This document shows, one piece after another, positions 28,455-38,769 of a DNA stretch of 64,000 bases. Position 1 is the first letter of the stretch. Every line of letters begins with the position of its first letter. The notes under the pieces were generated by a model. It was not told the origin of the DNA and made no database searches. It saw nothing but the letters and a program-made list of their open reading frames with translations. Source of the stretch: Candidatus Poribacteria bacterium (lineage in GTDB: Bacteria; Poribacteria; WGA-4E; PCPOR2b); NCBI GenBank assembly GCA_963665285.1, contig OY762266.1, forward strand, positions 2,676,156-2,740,155, in the 5' to 3' direction. The translations under genes were made by a program, and so were the position numbers.

Positions 28455-29957
28455 CTATTGAAGGATGGTTGGTGTAAACCCAGGGATCTCCGTGTCGAGT
28501 GGAAAATAGGGTCGCTTGAGATGCTTGTAGGGAAGATGTCGACATGTCGCCGGTGTTGCGCCGGGCGTGTCAAGGATGAAAGCTGCCTTGGCGGTTTCAC
28601 CGTAAGCAAGACGGTAGTTCATGGGGTTTTTGACAACGATGAACTTGGCGTCGGGTGGCTGCATCTCCATAGAACGAAACTGTTCATCCGCCCAATCATA
28701 GGTGCCGTGGGTGGCAACGAGCACCTGAATTGCGCCGATTGTCAACACCGCCGATGGCCCCATGTTACCCTCGACACCGTCCCAAATCCCACCGATATAG
28801 CGGAAACGACCGTCGGTCAGCCGGGTGACGGTGCCTGTCACGGTCACCGGTTCGCCCCAGCGGGGATCGAGTTGATGTCCTAGCGCAACGGCGACCTCCC
28901 GACCGACACCGGCGCGATGACAGGCGGCAGCAGCTTCTGGATCTGCCACAGGGACGAGTGAAGGGACAGTGACCTCTGCGTCGAGTAGCGCAGTCAATGT
29001 GGCAACACTATCGCCTGCTGCGCCACCACCACAACAATCTGCCGCTTCAACCAAGAGCACCGGACCACCATTCATCTTCAAACCTTTTGCAATAGCCTCA
29101 TCTGGGGTGTGGATATCGGGTTCAAGATCAAACCGCCGCGTCCAGTATTGCTCGGCAAGCTGATTTGCAAGCGATACCGCCGTCTCCATATCGTTATCTG
29201 TGATGACCAATGCACCGCTACCCATGTCCGGCTGATCCAAGTAGGGATGAACCAAGAAAGCACTAGTGGATACGACACCATCACGCCCCTCAAGCGCCTT
29301 GGCGGCGCACATAATTTGGGCAAAAGGGTCGTCACCTTCGGTCGAACCGTGGATTGCGCTAGTAATCACCGGCACCTTCGCCATCGCCATGGTAGGACGG
29401 CAGCGTTCCGTTAGGATATCCCAGAGCAATCGGGCACCGCGTACGCCGGTGGTGAAGGTATCACGGTGGGGGTAGGTCTCCCACGCAATCAACCCATCGG
29501 CGAAACGGACCATGTCGGCGGTGACATGTGCATGTAGGTCGAGTGTGACAACAATCGGTACTGCCTCCCCAACGATTGCCCGCACTGCTTTGATGAGATC
29601 ACCTTCTGGATCACCGAGGTTTTCGACCGTCGCAGCACCGTGCAGCGGCAACAGCACTCCATCAACAGGGGTGGAGGCGCGTAAGCTATCTAGAAGTTCC
29701 GTCTTGAGTTGCGTATAACACTCAGCGGTCAGAGGACCGCCGGGGCAGGTGCTCGCGTAAATCAGGGGAACGACCTCCGCTCCGCATTCGCGCATCACCT
29801 GCATCATCCCGCCTACCACACCGGCGTCAACTAGTAAGACCTCTTCCCCTCGACATAGCTCATAACGCTCAAACCACCCTATATCAATGGGCACTCCGCC
29901 AAATTCGTTGCATTCGGTGAGGATAGATCCAAGGGCAATGCGCGGTCCACTTTTCAT
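28455..29957 (-). CDS. M81 family metallopeptidase (MlrC-like)
   Basis: The N-terminus RIALGSILTECNEF, its size (~500 aa) and the two-domain layout match MlrC/DUF1485+MlrC_C. Confidence 0.7.
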   Translation of the reverse strand: MKSGPRIALGSILTECNEFGGVPIDIGWFERYELCRGEEVLLVDAGVVGGMMQVMRECGAEVVPLIYASTCPGGPLTAECYTQLKTELLDSLRASTPVDGVLLPLHGAATVENLGDPEGDLIKAVRAIVGEAVPIVVTLDLHAHVTADMVRFADGLIAWETYPHRDTFTTGVRGARLLWDILTERCRPTMAMAKVPVITSAIHGSTEGDDPFAQIMCAAKALEGRDGVVSTSAFLVHPYLDQPDMGSGALVITDNDMETAVSLANQLAEQYWTRRFDLEPDIHTPDEAIAKGLKMNGGPVLLVEAADCCGGGAAGDSVATLTALLDAEVTVPSLVPVADPEAAAACHRAGVGREVAVALGHQLDPRWGEPVTVTGTVTRLTDGRFRYIGGIWDGVEGNMGPSAVLTIGAIQVLVATHGTYDWADEQFRSMEMQPPDAKFIVVKNPMNYRLAYGETAKAAFILDTPGATPATCRHLPYKHLKRPYFPLDTEIPGFTPTILQ

Positions 29958-30002
29958 AGCGATTCTCCGGTTATATCCTTAACCATTTCCTGACGTTCAT
30001 AA

Positions 30003-30872
30003 TCATGCAGGGACACCAACAGGTTGACCTTCTCGACAGACAGTAGGGAAGTGTTCGCCGGCTTCAGCCATAGGTTCCCCATCTTCCAACGTTACAAACT
30101 GCTTCATTAAATGCTGACCACTTGCCACAAAACGTGATTCTCCGGTCATATAGTGAATGGCGATAGCCCGTCGTGGTCGATCTGAGCGGTTGAATGGCGA
30201 ACCGTGCCAAGTCAGCGAGTGATGGAACGACACCTCACCACTCTTGACAGGTCGGGGCTGCGGTGTCACAGCTTTGACTTCTGAATCATCGGGTGGAGAA
30301 AACCCTTGAATGTTCATAAATTCTTCGCGCTGTTCAAGGTGTTGTTGGGTGCGAAGGAACTCCATCTGATCGCCCCATTTATAGCTGCCGGGCACCATCC
30401 ACATACAGCCATTATCTTCGTCTGCATCATCCAAAGCGATCCACGCCGATACAGGGGTCATCGGAAGGATAATGGGCCATAGGGGAGCATCTTGATGCCA
30501 CCGTGTCGCACCACCGTGGTTAGGGGGTTTGTACTGGATTTGGTCGTGCCAGACCATCAGATTGGGCGCGTCCGTCAACTGGCTTATCCCCTTAACAATG
30601 GACGGGTGATAGATCAGTCCCTCAAAAGCTGAAGATGCCTCCCAAATATTGACAATCTGCCAAACAGCGAGTTCAGTGGATTCATCTCCCCGCCGGGACA
30701 TGTTTCGGAACGACACCGGTTGAGGTTCTTCATTGGAAAAGCCGTCGGGACCTTTCTCCAAGAGATGGTCTAAATCCGTCCTCAATCCCTCCAACTCGTC
30801 ATCAGTGAGGATGCGACCCCCATTGAGGAAGCCGTTGCGATGAAATTCGTCAATTTGCGATGGTGTTAGCAT
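30003..30872 (-). CDS. Phytanoyl-CoA dioxygenase (PhyH) family protein
   Basis: WHQDAPLWP, SFHHSLTWHGS.N.S...R: H-x-D ... H ... R dioxygenase pattern. Confidence 0.8.
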   Translation of the reverse strand: MLTPSQIDEFHRNGFLNGGRILTDDELEGLRTDLDHLLEKGPDGFSNEEPQPVSFRNMSRRGDESTELAVWQIVNIWEASSAFEGLIYHPSIVKGISQLTDAPNLMVWHDQIQYKPPNHGGATRWHQDAPLWPIILPMTPVSAWIALDDADEDNGCMWMVPGSYKWGDQMEFLRTQQHLEQREEFMNIQGFSPPDDSEVKAVTPQPRPVKSGEVSFHHSLTWHGSPFNRSDRPRRAIAIHYMTGESRFVASGQHLMKQFVTLEDGEPMAEAGEHFPTVCREGQPVGVPA

Positions 30873-30943
30873 AGTGATACATCTCCATTCGGCCGTGTGA
30901 TAATTGTGAAAAGCTCTTGGCTATACGGTGGATATCCCTCACC

Positions 30944-32851
30944 CTACCATGGAAGAGCAGCGGAGGGTTGATTAACAAAACATTCAGTTCCCAAATCAAG
31001 TGTAATTTCGGTCGCGGGGGGCAGCACAACCCGGAGGTGATTCGCCTCTATGGACGCGGTCCGGGTTTCTTCGGTTACAGGCGGCGCAGCGTAGTCTGCA
31101 ATTCCTCCCGGATACTCACTTGTGCGATGGGTATACCGAACCTCCGTGAATCGGTGTTCGCCAAATGCCCCTCCCTGAACCACCATGTCCCTTGTCTCAA
31201 AGGGACTGAGGTTGACCAACCGCACCACCGTCCGATTCGCTTCAAGCGTTTCGACGAGAGCGGCGGTATCTTCCGGCAGACCGGGGCGTTTTCGATTGAA
31301 GTCAAAATAGCGGAGGCGAGACATTAGGAGACCCCCGTTGTAAATCAGTTGGGGCGCACCCAACGTCAGTTGAATCAACGCCTCGGTTGTTACCGGGTTC
31401 GTTTGTTGCCAGCGGTGGGGATCGCTATGGGTGGTTGCCTCCTCGTCTCCGCGAACGAGGTCCAATCGTCGGCAGACCTGACGGTAACTAGCGCGTAAAA
31501 TCTCTTCAGGATAGGTTGGGTTATCACCCGCTAGAAAACGGACCCACGGCTGCTCGTGCCCCGCATCCTCTTTAGTGTGGAAGGAAAACACCTTATTCCA
31601 GTCATATCCACTAGCTTGACGAATCTCCTCAATCCGTTCCCAATCCTCTGATTCCATCGAAAGATTCCACAGCGACACCGGATAAATCGGTGACATCGGT
31701 TGGTAGTCGAACCAACCAGCATCCCCGTAGCGGTATGGGACGAGAAAGGTCTCGTGCTGTTCCTCCAACGCTGAGAACTGACCAATCCAGTGTTCGCCGA
31801 GGCTCATGTGTTCCAAGCGGACATCACGAATTTCGCCGCGTTCCACAATGCGATCCATCTGAATACGCGGCAGGTCCAAGTAGCCGGCGTCTTGGGTCAA
31901 GAGGTAAGCGTTAGATGCCGCAACCAGTGCTGCCATCTGGACATTGTAAAACCCGTGGGGCCAGGTCCAACCATAAAGCCCGCCATACCAATTCCCCTCA
32001 ATATATTCGCCGACCTGACCGGACAACCCAACATTGTCCGGAAGCAATCCATCATTCTGGCGAGCGCGTTCTATCCAAGCGTCCGTGTAGTCCAGCACCC
32101 AGTTTCGATATTTTTGTTCGCCGGTCAGCAAGTAGGTGTTGGTGACCAAGCTAGTAACAGCGAGGTTCGCAACCACATCTCCACGACTCATGCGTTGATT
32201 CATCGCTTCGCCCATGCGCCGTGCCAACGCGGGATCTTTCAGGTCGTCAATTTGGGTGATGCCGGGAATGTCGTAGTGGGGCAAACCGTATCGCGCCATT
32301 CCGGGGGAATAGTTATAGGAACGTCCTTCAGCCTCCGACATATCAGGACCGTCGCTGCCATTATAGGGAGAGCGGATGATTTTCTGACCCGGATCGTAGT
32401 TGAGGGCTTCAGGATCCTCGTTCATATAAAGTCCGGCAAATCGTCGCGCCCGTTCAAGGTGTTCCGAGCGATTTGGGGCAGCAGCGCAGAGCAGGTAGAA
32501 ATAGATGTCGCTCTCGGCTTGATGGAACTGATCATCGCGGCGGGCGTATTCCTTGTGAACCCGCCCCATCTGGGTCAACTGCCGGGTGACGGCGTTCCAC
32601 TGCCGCACTCCTAACTCTAACAGATCGTCCCCACCACCCAAGAGGTAAAGCAGGGGCCAATTGTAGAAACTCTCGTAGAGGTCGTCCTCGCTGCCGCCGA
32701 TATTTCCTTCCCAGATCAGGCTGCCATCCGGATGGGTGTACCGATCTAAAAATGGGTACACCGATTGGTCCATGAGATCAAACAGCTGTCGCTCTAGCAC
32801 CGCCCATGCAGGCGGTCCGACAAGCGGTGTCGTTGCTGTGATCGTGATCAT
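30944..32851 (-). CDS. Hypothetical 635-aa protein (possibly an alpha/alpha-toroid glycan-active enzyme)
   Basis: Long ORF with a GGGAG SD and consistent codon usage. No motif I can name. The fold guess comes only from its Trp/Tyr-rich helical composition. Confidence 0.5.
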   Translation of the reverse strand: MITITATTPLVGPPAWAVLERQLFDLMDQSVYPFLDRYTHPDGSLIWEGNIGGSEDDLYESFYNWPLLYLLGGGDDLLELGVRQWNAVTRQLTQMGRVHKEYARRDDQFHQAESDIYFYLLCAAAPNRSEHLERARRFAGLYMNEDPEALNYDPGQKIIRSPYNGSDGPDMSEAEGRSYNYSPGMARYGLPHYDIPGITQIDDLKDPALARRMGEAMNQRMSRGDVVANLAVTSLVTNTYLLTGEQKYRNWVLDYTDAWIERARQNDGLLPDNVGLSGQVGEYIEGNWYGGLYGWTWPHGFYNVQMAALVAASNAYLLTQDAGYLDLPRIQMDRIVERGEIRDVRLEHMSLGEHWIGQFSALEEQHETFLVPYRYGDAGWFDYQPMSPIYPVSLWNLSMESEDWERIEEIRQASGYDWNKVFSFHTKEDAGHEQPWVRFLAGDNPTYPEEILRASYRQVCRRLDLVRGDEEATTHSDPHRWQQTNPVTTEALIQLTLGAPQLIYNGGLLMSRLRYFDFNRKRPGLPEDTAALVETLEANRTVVRLVNLSPFETRDMVVQGGAFGEHRFTEVRYTHRTSEYPGGIADYAAPPVTEETRTASIEANHLRVVLPPATEITLDLGTECFVNQPSAALPW

Positions 32852-32875
32852 ACATCGCTCCCTACGAAATTACCT

Positions 32876-33757
32876 CTAGCCCGGATTCGACATCCCACCT
32901 ACTTCCCAATCTTTGGACAACGCCGTGCACTCGGCAGCGACCTGTTCCGCTGTCGCCTCCGTGCGCCCTGCCAGTGCCTCTATCGTCCACGCGCCATCAA
33001 AGCCGATGGCTGAAAGTGCTTGTCCTAGGGCTGACCAGTCAATGATGCCGTGTCCCGGCACCCAGTGGCAGTCATCCTTTCCATCCACATCCTGTATGTG
33101 CAGCGCGTAAAGCCTTTCCGAAGCGACCCGTGCCTGCTCCGCTGCATCGAGACCACTGATGCAGGCGTGACCCGTATCCAAGCATAGGCCTACATGTTCA
33201 GGTGGAAAGCCAGCGATGAATGCACGTAATTCCTCCATAGACTTCAGCGGACGGCACGGTATGCTTGTATTCGGTAAGTTCTCCAGCGCGATACGAACCC
33301 CAGTTTCCTCTGCAACCGCAACCAGTTCACTAACAGAACGGTGGATACGCTCCGCCGCTGCACCGACATTTTCTAGCGCATAAGGTGTTTCCTCAGGGGT
33401 AGTAGCACCTGTTGGGTGGACAATCGCAGTCCGCCCACCAAGCTCTCCGAGATACCGCATTGCATCCCCAATACGCGTGACACTGTCACGCCGAATCTCC
33501 TCAATTGAACTTGCCAAGTTCACGCCCGACATGGGTGTATGTATTGTGTGCGGGAAAATCTTAGTTCGCTCCAGTGCCTCGCGACACGGTCCCGCATCGT
33601 GTGAACCCGGCTGCTGCCACTCGTCGCCTTCAGCCATCAGTTCAGTCTCACTGAAACCCGCAGCAGCAATCGACTCAAGTGTTGCCGCGAGGTCATGTCT
33701 TGCTTTGTCCTCTGCATCAAGAAAGAAAAGTCCCGAAGCTAAACTATATGTAGCCAC
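32876..33757 (-). CDS. Sugar phosphate isomerase/epimerase (xylose isomerase-like TIM barrel)
   Basis: GTG start with a GGAGG SD. Has the HP, ENL, LDTGH and E metal-ligand pattern of AP_endonuc_2 proteins. Confidence 0.8.
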   Translation of the reverse strand: MATYSLASGLFFLDAEDKARHDLAATLESIAAAGFSETELMAEGDEWQQPGSHDAGPCREALERTKIFPHTIHTPMSGVNLASSIEEIRRDSVTRIGDAMRYLGELGGRTAIVHPTGATTPEETPYALENVGAAAERIHRSVSELVAVAEETGVRIALENLPNTSIPCRPLKSMEELRAFIAGFPPEHVGLCLDTGHACISGLDAAEQARVASERLYALHIQDVDGKDDCHWVPGHGIIDWSALGQALSAIGFDGAWTIEALAGRTEATAEQVAAECTALSKDWEVGGMSNPG

Positions 33758-33783
33758 TATAACCTCCTTGTGTGGAACGCAGA

Positions 33784-33807
33784 TCTGCGTTCCCTACGAT
33801 TTAATCT
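33784..33807 (-). repeat. REP-like hairpin (GTAG head on the minus strand)
   Basis: GGAACGCAGATCTGCGTTCCCTAC. A near-identical copy lies at 41278-41299 (AACGCAGATCCGCGTTCCCTAC). Confidence 0.6.
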
Positions 33808-33810
33808 ATC

Positions 33811-34491
33811 CTACGCTTCGTCAAGCATCTGTTGAACCCGCTCGGTAACGCCGTCGACAACGGCGTTGAGAATCTGCCCACCCTTGGGGATGGTTGCTAA
33901 TTTTGCGTTGTCATAATTAACCTCGCCCGTGCGGATGCGCTCAGGAAAAACGACCATTGCAAATGAGGTCTCAAACTCGCCTGCGTGGCCCGCACTCCGC
34001 TCCAACTCCAGATTCGCCTCATAAAAGGATTGCGGGGCGGTCTCCCAATAGGTCACATACGTGACACCCAAGTCATCGAGCCGCTTCATCACGTCGGGAG
34101 CGACGGGCTCAAGATTCTCTCGCTTGTTGCCGCCGTGCCCGTTGAGCACCATAACTTTCGGGACGCCCAATCGTTTCAGACTATTACATACATCGTGGAC
34201 ATACTCAAGATGGATCTCCGGGCGTATTGTCAACGCACCGCCCCGATTCATGTGATGCTCCGACACCGACATAGGAACGGTGGGAGTGACCAACACATGG
34301 GGATAAAAGTTCGTCGCAGCCCGTTTGGCAATTTCTGTGACACCAGCGGTATCGTGAATCATCGCCAGATGGTCTTGATGCTGTTCGGTGGCACCCGTTG
34401 GGACAATCGCACCTTTTATAGTGCCGCTGGAGATAGCTTCCCCCAGTTCTTTCCGTGTGAGTTCACCTAAAAATACGTTATTATCTAGCAT
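33811..34491 (-). CDS. Creatininase family amidohydrolase
   Basis: PTGATEQHQDHL and VLNGHGGN motifs. Confidence 0.8.
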   Translation of the reverse strand: MLDNNVFLGELTRKELGEAISSGTIKGAIVPTGATEQHQDHLAMIHDTAGVTEIAKRAATNFYPHVLVTPTVPMSVSEHHMNRGGALTIRPEIHLEYVHDVCNSLKRLGVPKVMVLNGHGGNKRENLEPVAPDVMKRLDDLGVTYVTYWETAPQSFYEANLELERSAGHAGEFETSFAMVVFPERIRTGEVNYDNAKLATIPKGGQILNAVVDGVTERVQQMLDEA

Positions 34492-34622
34492 TGATATCTC
34501 CTCTGATTTGTTAAAACAACAGTCATATAAGGATAAAAAAATAGCGCATATTGAGGATGGGAATTTGTTGGGCGGGAAAGAAGGAGGGAAGGTGGGTAGA
34601 TACCGCCTTCCCCCTCAATAAC

Positions 34623-35279
34623 CTACATTGCAAAGTTTCCAACGAAAACGTTGTTGGTGTCTTCGCCACAATTCCAAGTAACGGATAGAATTCTGTCTTG
34701 ATAGCTATAAGATGTCGATTTGCCGACGATAGGGGTATCAAGCTGCTCCAGCGGCTTGTACCAGATCTGGTGCGGCTGAGTGCAGTTTTGGCAAGGATAG
34801 CGCGAAACAGATAGTGTTAGCACCTGCCCAACCCGCAGATCATATTTCACATCTTCCTTAGTGAAAGCGATTGGCGCGCTCTCTGTTCTAACGATCTCGC
34901 CGAGTAGTTCGCCGCGTTTTGTGGTCATCAGATCGGTTAAGGCGACACGTTGTTCCGATGTCGCCCTTTCGTCAATATACAGGACACTGCGGCGTGTCTT
35001 GGTATCAATCGCAAGGTTGTTTTTGGCTGTTACTACTGCGACAACAGTCAATCCCTCCAACGAAACGCCTTTCCAGGTCCCTTGACGGATATTCCAAATG
35101 AGGGTCGCCTCCCTGCCCCCTTCGACGTACTCAGCACCGTAGTGACATGCCCCAACATAGACACTGACGGATCGGGCTTCCAAATACTCGCCCTGCACGG
35201 TTTCGGGCTGCGTAGCGAATGCACCGGCGACGGTCAGTAAAAGCGCGATTGCTGTTAAGGTCAAAATCTTGGTCTTCAT
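34623..35279 (-). CDS. Exported hypothetical protein
   Basis: ATG 35279 with an AAGGGAG SD and a signal peptide (MKTKILTLTAIALLLTVAGAFA). The longer ORF-track start would translate through a REP hairpin. Confidence 0.55.
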   Translation of the reverse strand: MKTKILTLTAIALLLTVAGAFATQPETVQGEYLEARSVSVYVGACHYGAEYVEGGREATLIWNIRQGTWKGVSLEGLTVVAVVTAKNNLAIDTKTRRSVLYIDERATSEQRVALTDLMTTKRGELLGEIVRTESAPIAFTKEDVKYDLRVGQVLTLSVSRYPCQNCTQPHQIWYKPLEQLDTPIVGKSTSYSYQDRILSVTWNCGEDTNNVFVGNFAM

Positions 35280-35310
35280 CTCTGGACTCCCTTCTAAAGA
35301 TCGAACGAAA

Positions 35311-35334
35311 GTAGGGGCACCCCTTGTGGGTGCC
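35311..35334 (+). repeat. REP-like hairpin GTAGGGGCACCCCTTGTGGGTGCC
   Basis: The same stem-loop occurs at 39769-39793 and 40146-40170. Confidence 0.7.
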
Positions 35335-35492
35335 GTGCTCTCATATGTGTGCAAGATGGCAGGCAGTTTATCACACTCAAGTTATGGCGTCAAGTGAAAA
35401 GAAAATCCGCAAGAGAGGGTATTAACCAATGGTGCGAGTTTGCAGCTGTTGATAACATGAAACGTGAAAACTACCTGTTAATATGTTCACTT

Positions 35493-35565
35493 AGCCCCAG
35501 CGGGGCGACATGTATATAGTACACAGAATAAACAAATGTCCTAAAGCCCCAGAGGGGCGACATGT
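35493..35565 (+). repeat. Composite double-hairpin repeat, copy 1
   Basis: AGCCCCAGCGGGGCGACATGT (35493-35513) and AGCCCCAGAGGGGCGACATGT (35545-35565), separated by 31 nt. The whole 73-nt unit recurs at 42877-42948. Confidence 0.75.
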
Positions 35566-35818
35566 GAACCGCCTCCCTGAAAACAAACATCATGATTGAT
35601 ACCCAGCTTTACATACACATGATTTTCACTGTTCATTGTCTGAATCATGGATTAAGCAGAAAACACGGAGACAAGATAACTCATGCTTCGCTCTAGTGAA
35701 GCGCAACGTCTATAGAAGCAGATTGCAGGTTAGGAAACCTACACCACGAGGGGATTAAACTCAAAACTGAACACTATCAATCGCAGCGTCGGTGCCAAGC
35801 CTAAGATAGAATTTTCGC

Positions 35819-35847
35819 TTGACGGAACCCATGAAATGTGATAGATT
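35819..35847 (+). promoter_or_regulatory. Sigma-70-like promoter of the molybdo-oxidoreductase operon
   Basis: TTGACG, a 17-nt spacer, then TAGATT. This leaves a ~125-nt 5' UTR before ATG 35978. Confidence 0.5.
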
Positions 35848-35977
35848 GTGTTCAGGATTTGTAACATCATTGAGCGATAAGAGCAGAAAAATTTCTGGAG
35901 TGCCTCATCAGTCATTAGTCGGTAGCAACTGGTTCTTAAGTTCGCTCGACTCTTGACCGCTAAGATAGGAGGACAAC

Positions 35978-36622
35978 ATGTCAAAAGAGAAAGAACAAAC
36001 TCAGGAAACGACTATATCCCGGCGGAGTTTCCTGAAAGGCGTGGGCACCGGCGCGGTCGCCGCAAGCGTTGCACCGACTGTTCTCATTGATGCGGAGACA
36101 GCGGCGGAAGCTCAGATGGGTGAAGAAATCACCCGCGCTAAAATCAAACTCAATATCAACGCCAAAGCCTATGAAGTTGAGGTTGAATCGCGCACGACAT
36201 TGTTGAGCGTCTTGCGAGACGGTTTCGACACCGGCGGCAATCACCTAGATCTGACCGGCGCAAAGCCCATCTGCGAGCGCGGCGAGTGTGGTGGGTGTAC
36301 GGTACAGGTTGACGGAAAGGCAGTTTACTCCTGTATGATGCTTGCCCTCGACGCACAGGGGAAGCAGATTACTACCGTCGAAGGGCTTGCCAACGGCGAT
36401 CAGTTACACCCAATCCAAGAGGCGTTTGTCCAGCACGATGCCTTGATGTGTGGTTTCTGCACGCCCGGTTTTGTCGTGGCTGCGAAATCGTTTTTAGATC
36501 AGAATCCGAGTCCAAGCCACGAGGAAATTAAGGAAGGGTTGGCGGGCAACATCTGCCGTTGTGGGACCTATCCCTTTATCTTTGAGGCGGTCAAAACGGC
36601 TTCACGTAAAATGGGAGGCTAA
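35978..36622 (+). CDS. Tat-exported (2Fe-2S)-binding small subunit of a xanthine dehydrogenase-family oxidoreductase (PaoA-like)
   Basis: Twin-arginine signal SRRSFLKGVG. Cys motifs CERGECGGCTV and CGFCTPG...CRCGTY. Confidence 0.9.
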   Translation: MSKEKEQTQETTISRRSFLKGVGTGAVAASVAPTVLIDAETAAEAQMGEEITRAKIKLNINAKAYEVEVESRTTLLSVLRDGFDTGGNHLDLTGAKPICERGECGGCTVQVDGKAVYSCMMLALDAQGKQITTVEGLANGDQLHPIQEAFVQHDALMCGFCTPGFVVAAKSFLDQNPSPSHEEIKEGLAGNICRCGTYPFIFEAVKTASRKMGG

Positions 36623-36625
36623 AAA

Positions 36626-38746
36626 ATGGCATCATGGGGAAAAGCAAAGGATTCGCGCTTGATTGGCAAACGCATCCAGCGTTTGTCAGGCACTGATAAA
36701 GTTACAGGCAAAGCGAAGTATACATTTGACATCCATCGTCCCGGCATGCTTTACGGTCATATTTTGAGGTCACCGGTTGCACATGCAACCATCACCAATA
36801 TAGACCTCAGCGCAGCGGAGGCACTGCCCGGCGTCAAAGCTGCCCTCCCGTTGATTGAACCGGGGAAAAAGGTGCGCTACGAAGGGGATGAGATCGCTGC
36901 GGTCGCCGCTACCACTCCCGACATCGCAGAGGATGCAGTTCGATTGATTGAATTCGACTACGATGAATTGGACTATGTCGTCGATGTTGAGGAGGCAAAA
37001 GCGGAAGGCGCACCCCAAATTCGTGACGATTGGAAAGGCAACCAAAGTGAACCGCGAGTTGACGAACGTGGCGATCTTGAGGCGGGGTTTGCTGAAGCCG
37101 CTGTCGAGGTTGAAGCGACCTACCACGCGGCGGTTCAAACGCATGTCTGCTTGGAGACGCATGGGAATATCGCCGAATGGGACGGGGATAACCTGACCGT
37201 TTGGGCTTCGACACAGGCAGTTTTTGGCACACGTCAAAACTTAGCCCGGCATTTTGAGCTGCCCGAAAACCAAGTGCGCGTCATCACCGAGCACATGGGC
37301 GGTGGGTTCGGCAGTAAGTTTGGTCCCGGAGTGGAAGGGATCACCGCTGCAAAGCTAGCTCGAATAGCGGGGGCACCCGTCAAGTTGATGTTGACCCGTA
37401 AAGACGAGCACCTTGTTGCCGGCAATCGTCCGTCAATGACACAGACGGTTCGTGCAGGCGCAACACAAGATGGTCGCTTCATCGCTTACGACATGAGTGG
37501 CTACGGCACAGGCGGTATCGGTAGTGGGGCAGGTTTTACCGGTCCCTATGTTTATCATGTGCCGAATTACCGCACTGAAAAGTCTGCCGTCGCGATCAAC
37601 GCAGGCAGTGCCCGCGCCATGCGTGCACCGGGTCATCCGCAGGGTGCCTTCGCAATGGATTCGTTGATGGACGAACTTGCTGAAAAGCTGAATATGGATC
37701 CATTAGAGTTCCGACGCTTGAACGGCGACAGCGATGCACGACGAAACAAGATTCGCCAAGCCGAATATACACTCGGCGCACAGGAAATCGGCTGGCACCG
37801 ACGCAACAGAATCCCCGGCTCCGGTACAGGTGTCAAGAAACGCGGCATCGGTGTGGGCTGCGGATTGTGGGGCGGTGGCGGCGGAGCAGGAACACAAGCC
37901 CGTGTAACCATCCACTCAAGCGGTGCTGTCGAAGTAGTCACCGGTACGCAGGATCTCGGCACAGGTATCCGGACGGTTATCGCCATTATCGTTGCGGAAG
38001 AACTTGGGCTGCGTCCCGAAGACATTACGGTCAAGATTGGCGATACCGAACCGGGATTGCCTTCCCGCGGAAGTGGGGGTAGCCAGACAATTGGCTCTGT
38101 AGCACCGGTGATAAAGACCGCAGCGATAGCAGCCAAGCGTAAACTCTTTGGGCATATCGCACCGCTTGTAGAAGCAATACCGGGAGATTTACGAGCCGCC
38201 GCCGGTCGGATTTACGCCGAATCAGATCTAAGGATGAGCGTTCCGTGGAAAGAGGCAACGGGGTATCTCGGTATGGAGACCATCTCCGAAGGTGGCGAGT
38301 GGGACGAAAACCTCCGCGTCGGCGATACCGCCGGTGTCCAGTTTGCCGATGTTGAAGTTGACACAGAAACCGGTATTGTCAAGGTCATCAAGGTCGTCGC
38401 GATCCAAGACTGTGGTTTGGTGGTCAACCGCTTGACAACCGAGAGCCAGATCAATGGTGCTGTCATCATGGGATTGGGCTATGCCCTGCTTGAGGAACGC
38501 ATCATGGACGACCAGACCGGCGTGATGATTAACCCGAACCTTGAGGATTACAAGGTCCCCGGCACGATGGAGATCCCTGAAATTGTATCCATCGCATACG
38601 ATACCGACCGGAAAATAACGGGAATCGGTGAACCTCCGACAATCCCGACAGCGGGAGCAATTGCAAACGCTGTCTATAACGCAATCGGTGTCCGTATCAG
38701 GGAAATCCCGATTACACCAGACAAAGTCCTCAACGCCCTCGGTTAG
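36626..38746 (+). CDS. Molybdopterin-binding large subunit of a xanthine dehydrogenase-family oxidoreductase (PaoC-like)
   Basis: 706 aa with Ald_Xan_dh_C and C2 domain motifs (GGGFG.K, GTQDLGTG, IGEPP). 3-nt gap from the small subunit. Confidence 0.9.
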   Translation: MASWGKAKDSRLIGKRIQRLSGTDKVTGKAKYTFDIHRPGMLYGHILRSPVAHATITNIDLSAAEALPGVKAALPLIEPGKKVRYEGDEIAAVAATTPDIAEDAVRLIEFDYDELDYVVDVEEAKAEGAPQIRDDWKGNQSEPRVDERGDLEAGFAEAAVEVEATYHAAVQTHVCLETHGNIAEWDGDNLTVWASTQAVFGTRQNLARHFELPENQVRVITEHMGGGFGSKFGPGVEGITAAKLARIAGAPVKLMLTRKDEHLVAGNRPSMTQTVRAGATQDGRFIAYDMSGYGTGGIGSGAGFTGPYVYHVPNYRTEKSAVAINAGSARAMRAPGHPQGAFAMDSLMDELAEKLNMDPLEFRRLNGDSDARRNKIRQAEYTLGAQEIGWHRRNRIPGSGTGVKKRGIGVGCGLWGGGGGAGTQARVTIHSSGAVEVVTGTQDLGTGIRTVIAIIVAEELGLRPEDITVKIGDTEPGLPSRGSGGSQTIGSVAPVIKTAAIAAKRKLFGHIAPLVEAIPGDLRAAAGRIYAESDLRMSVPWKEATGYLGMETISEGGEWDENLRVGDTAGVQFADVEVDTETGIVKVIKVVAIQDCGLVVNRLTTESQINGAVIMGLGYALLEERIMDDQTGVMINPNLEDYKVPGTMEIPEIVSIAYDTDRKITGIGEPPTIPTAGAIANAVYNAIGVRIREIPITPDKVLNALG

Positions 38747-38769
38747 AAGAAGGGGAAGGAGAGAAGAAA

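Noticed and set aside
35493-35565. Possible mini-CRISPR (21-nt repeats with ~30-nt spacers) here and at 42877-42948
   Set aside because: Each locus has only two repeats, and the so-called spacers at the two loci are homologous to each other. No cas genes are present. It is a dispersed composite repeat, not an array.
35848-35977. Possible Moco riboswitch in the ~125-nt leader of the molybdo-oxidoreductase operon
   Set aside because: I could not recognise the conserved Moco-motif loops by eye. A cmsearch with Rfam RF01055 would decide. Without it I make no claim.
35739-35984. 81-aa minus-strand ORF overlapping the promoter and start of the oxidoreductase operon
   Set aside because: It has no SD and no recognisable domain, and it overlaps a good plus-strand promoter and SD. 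It is most likely spurious.
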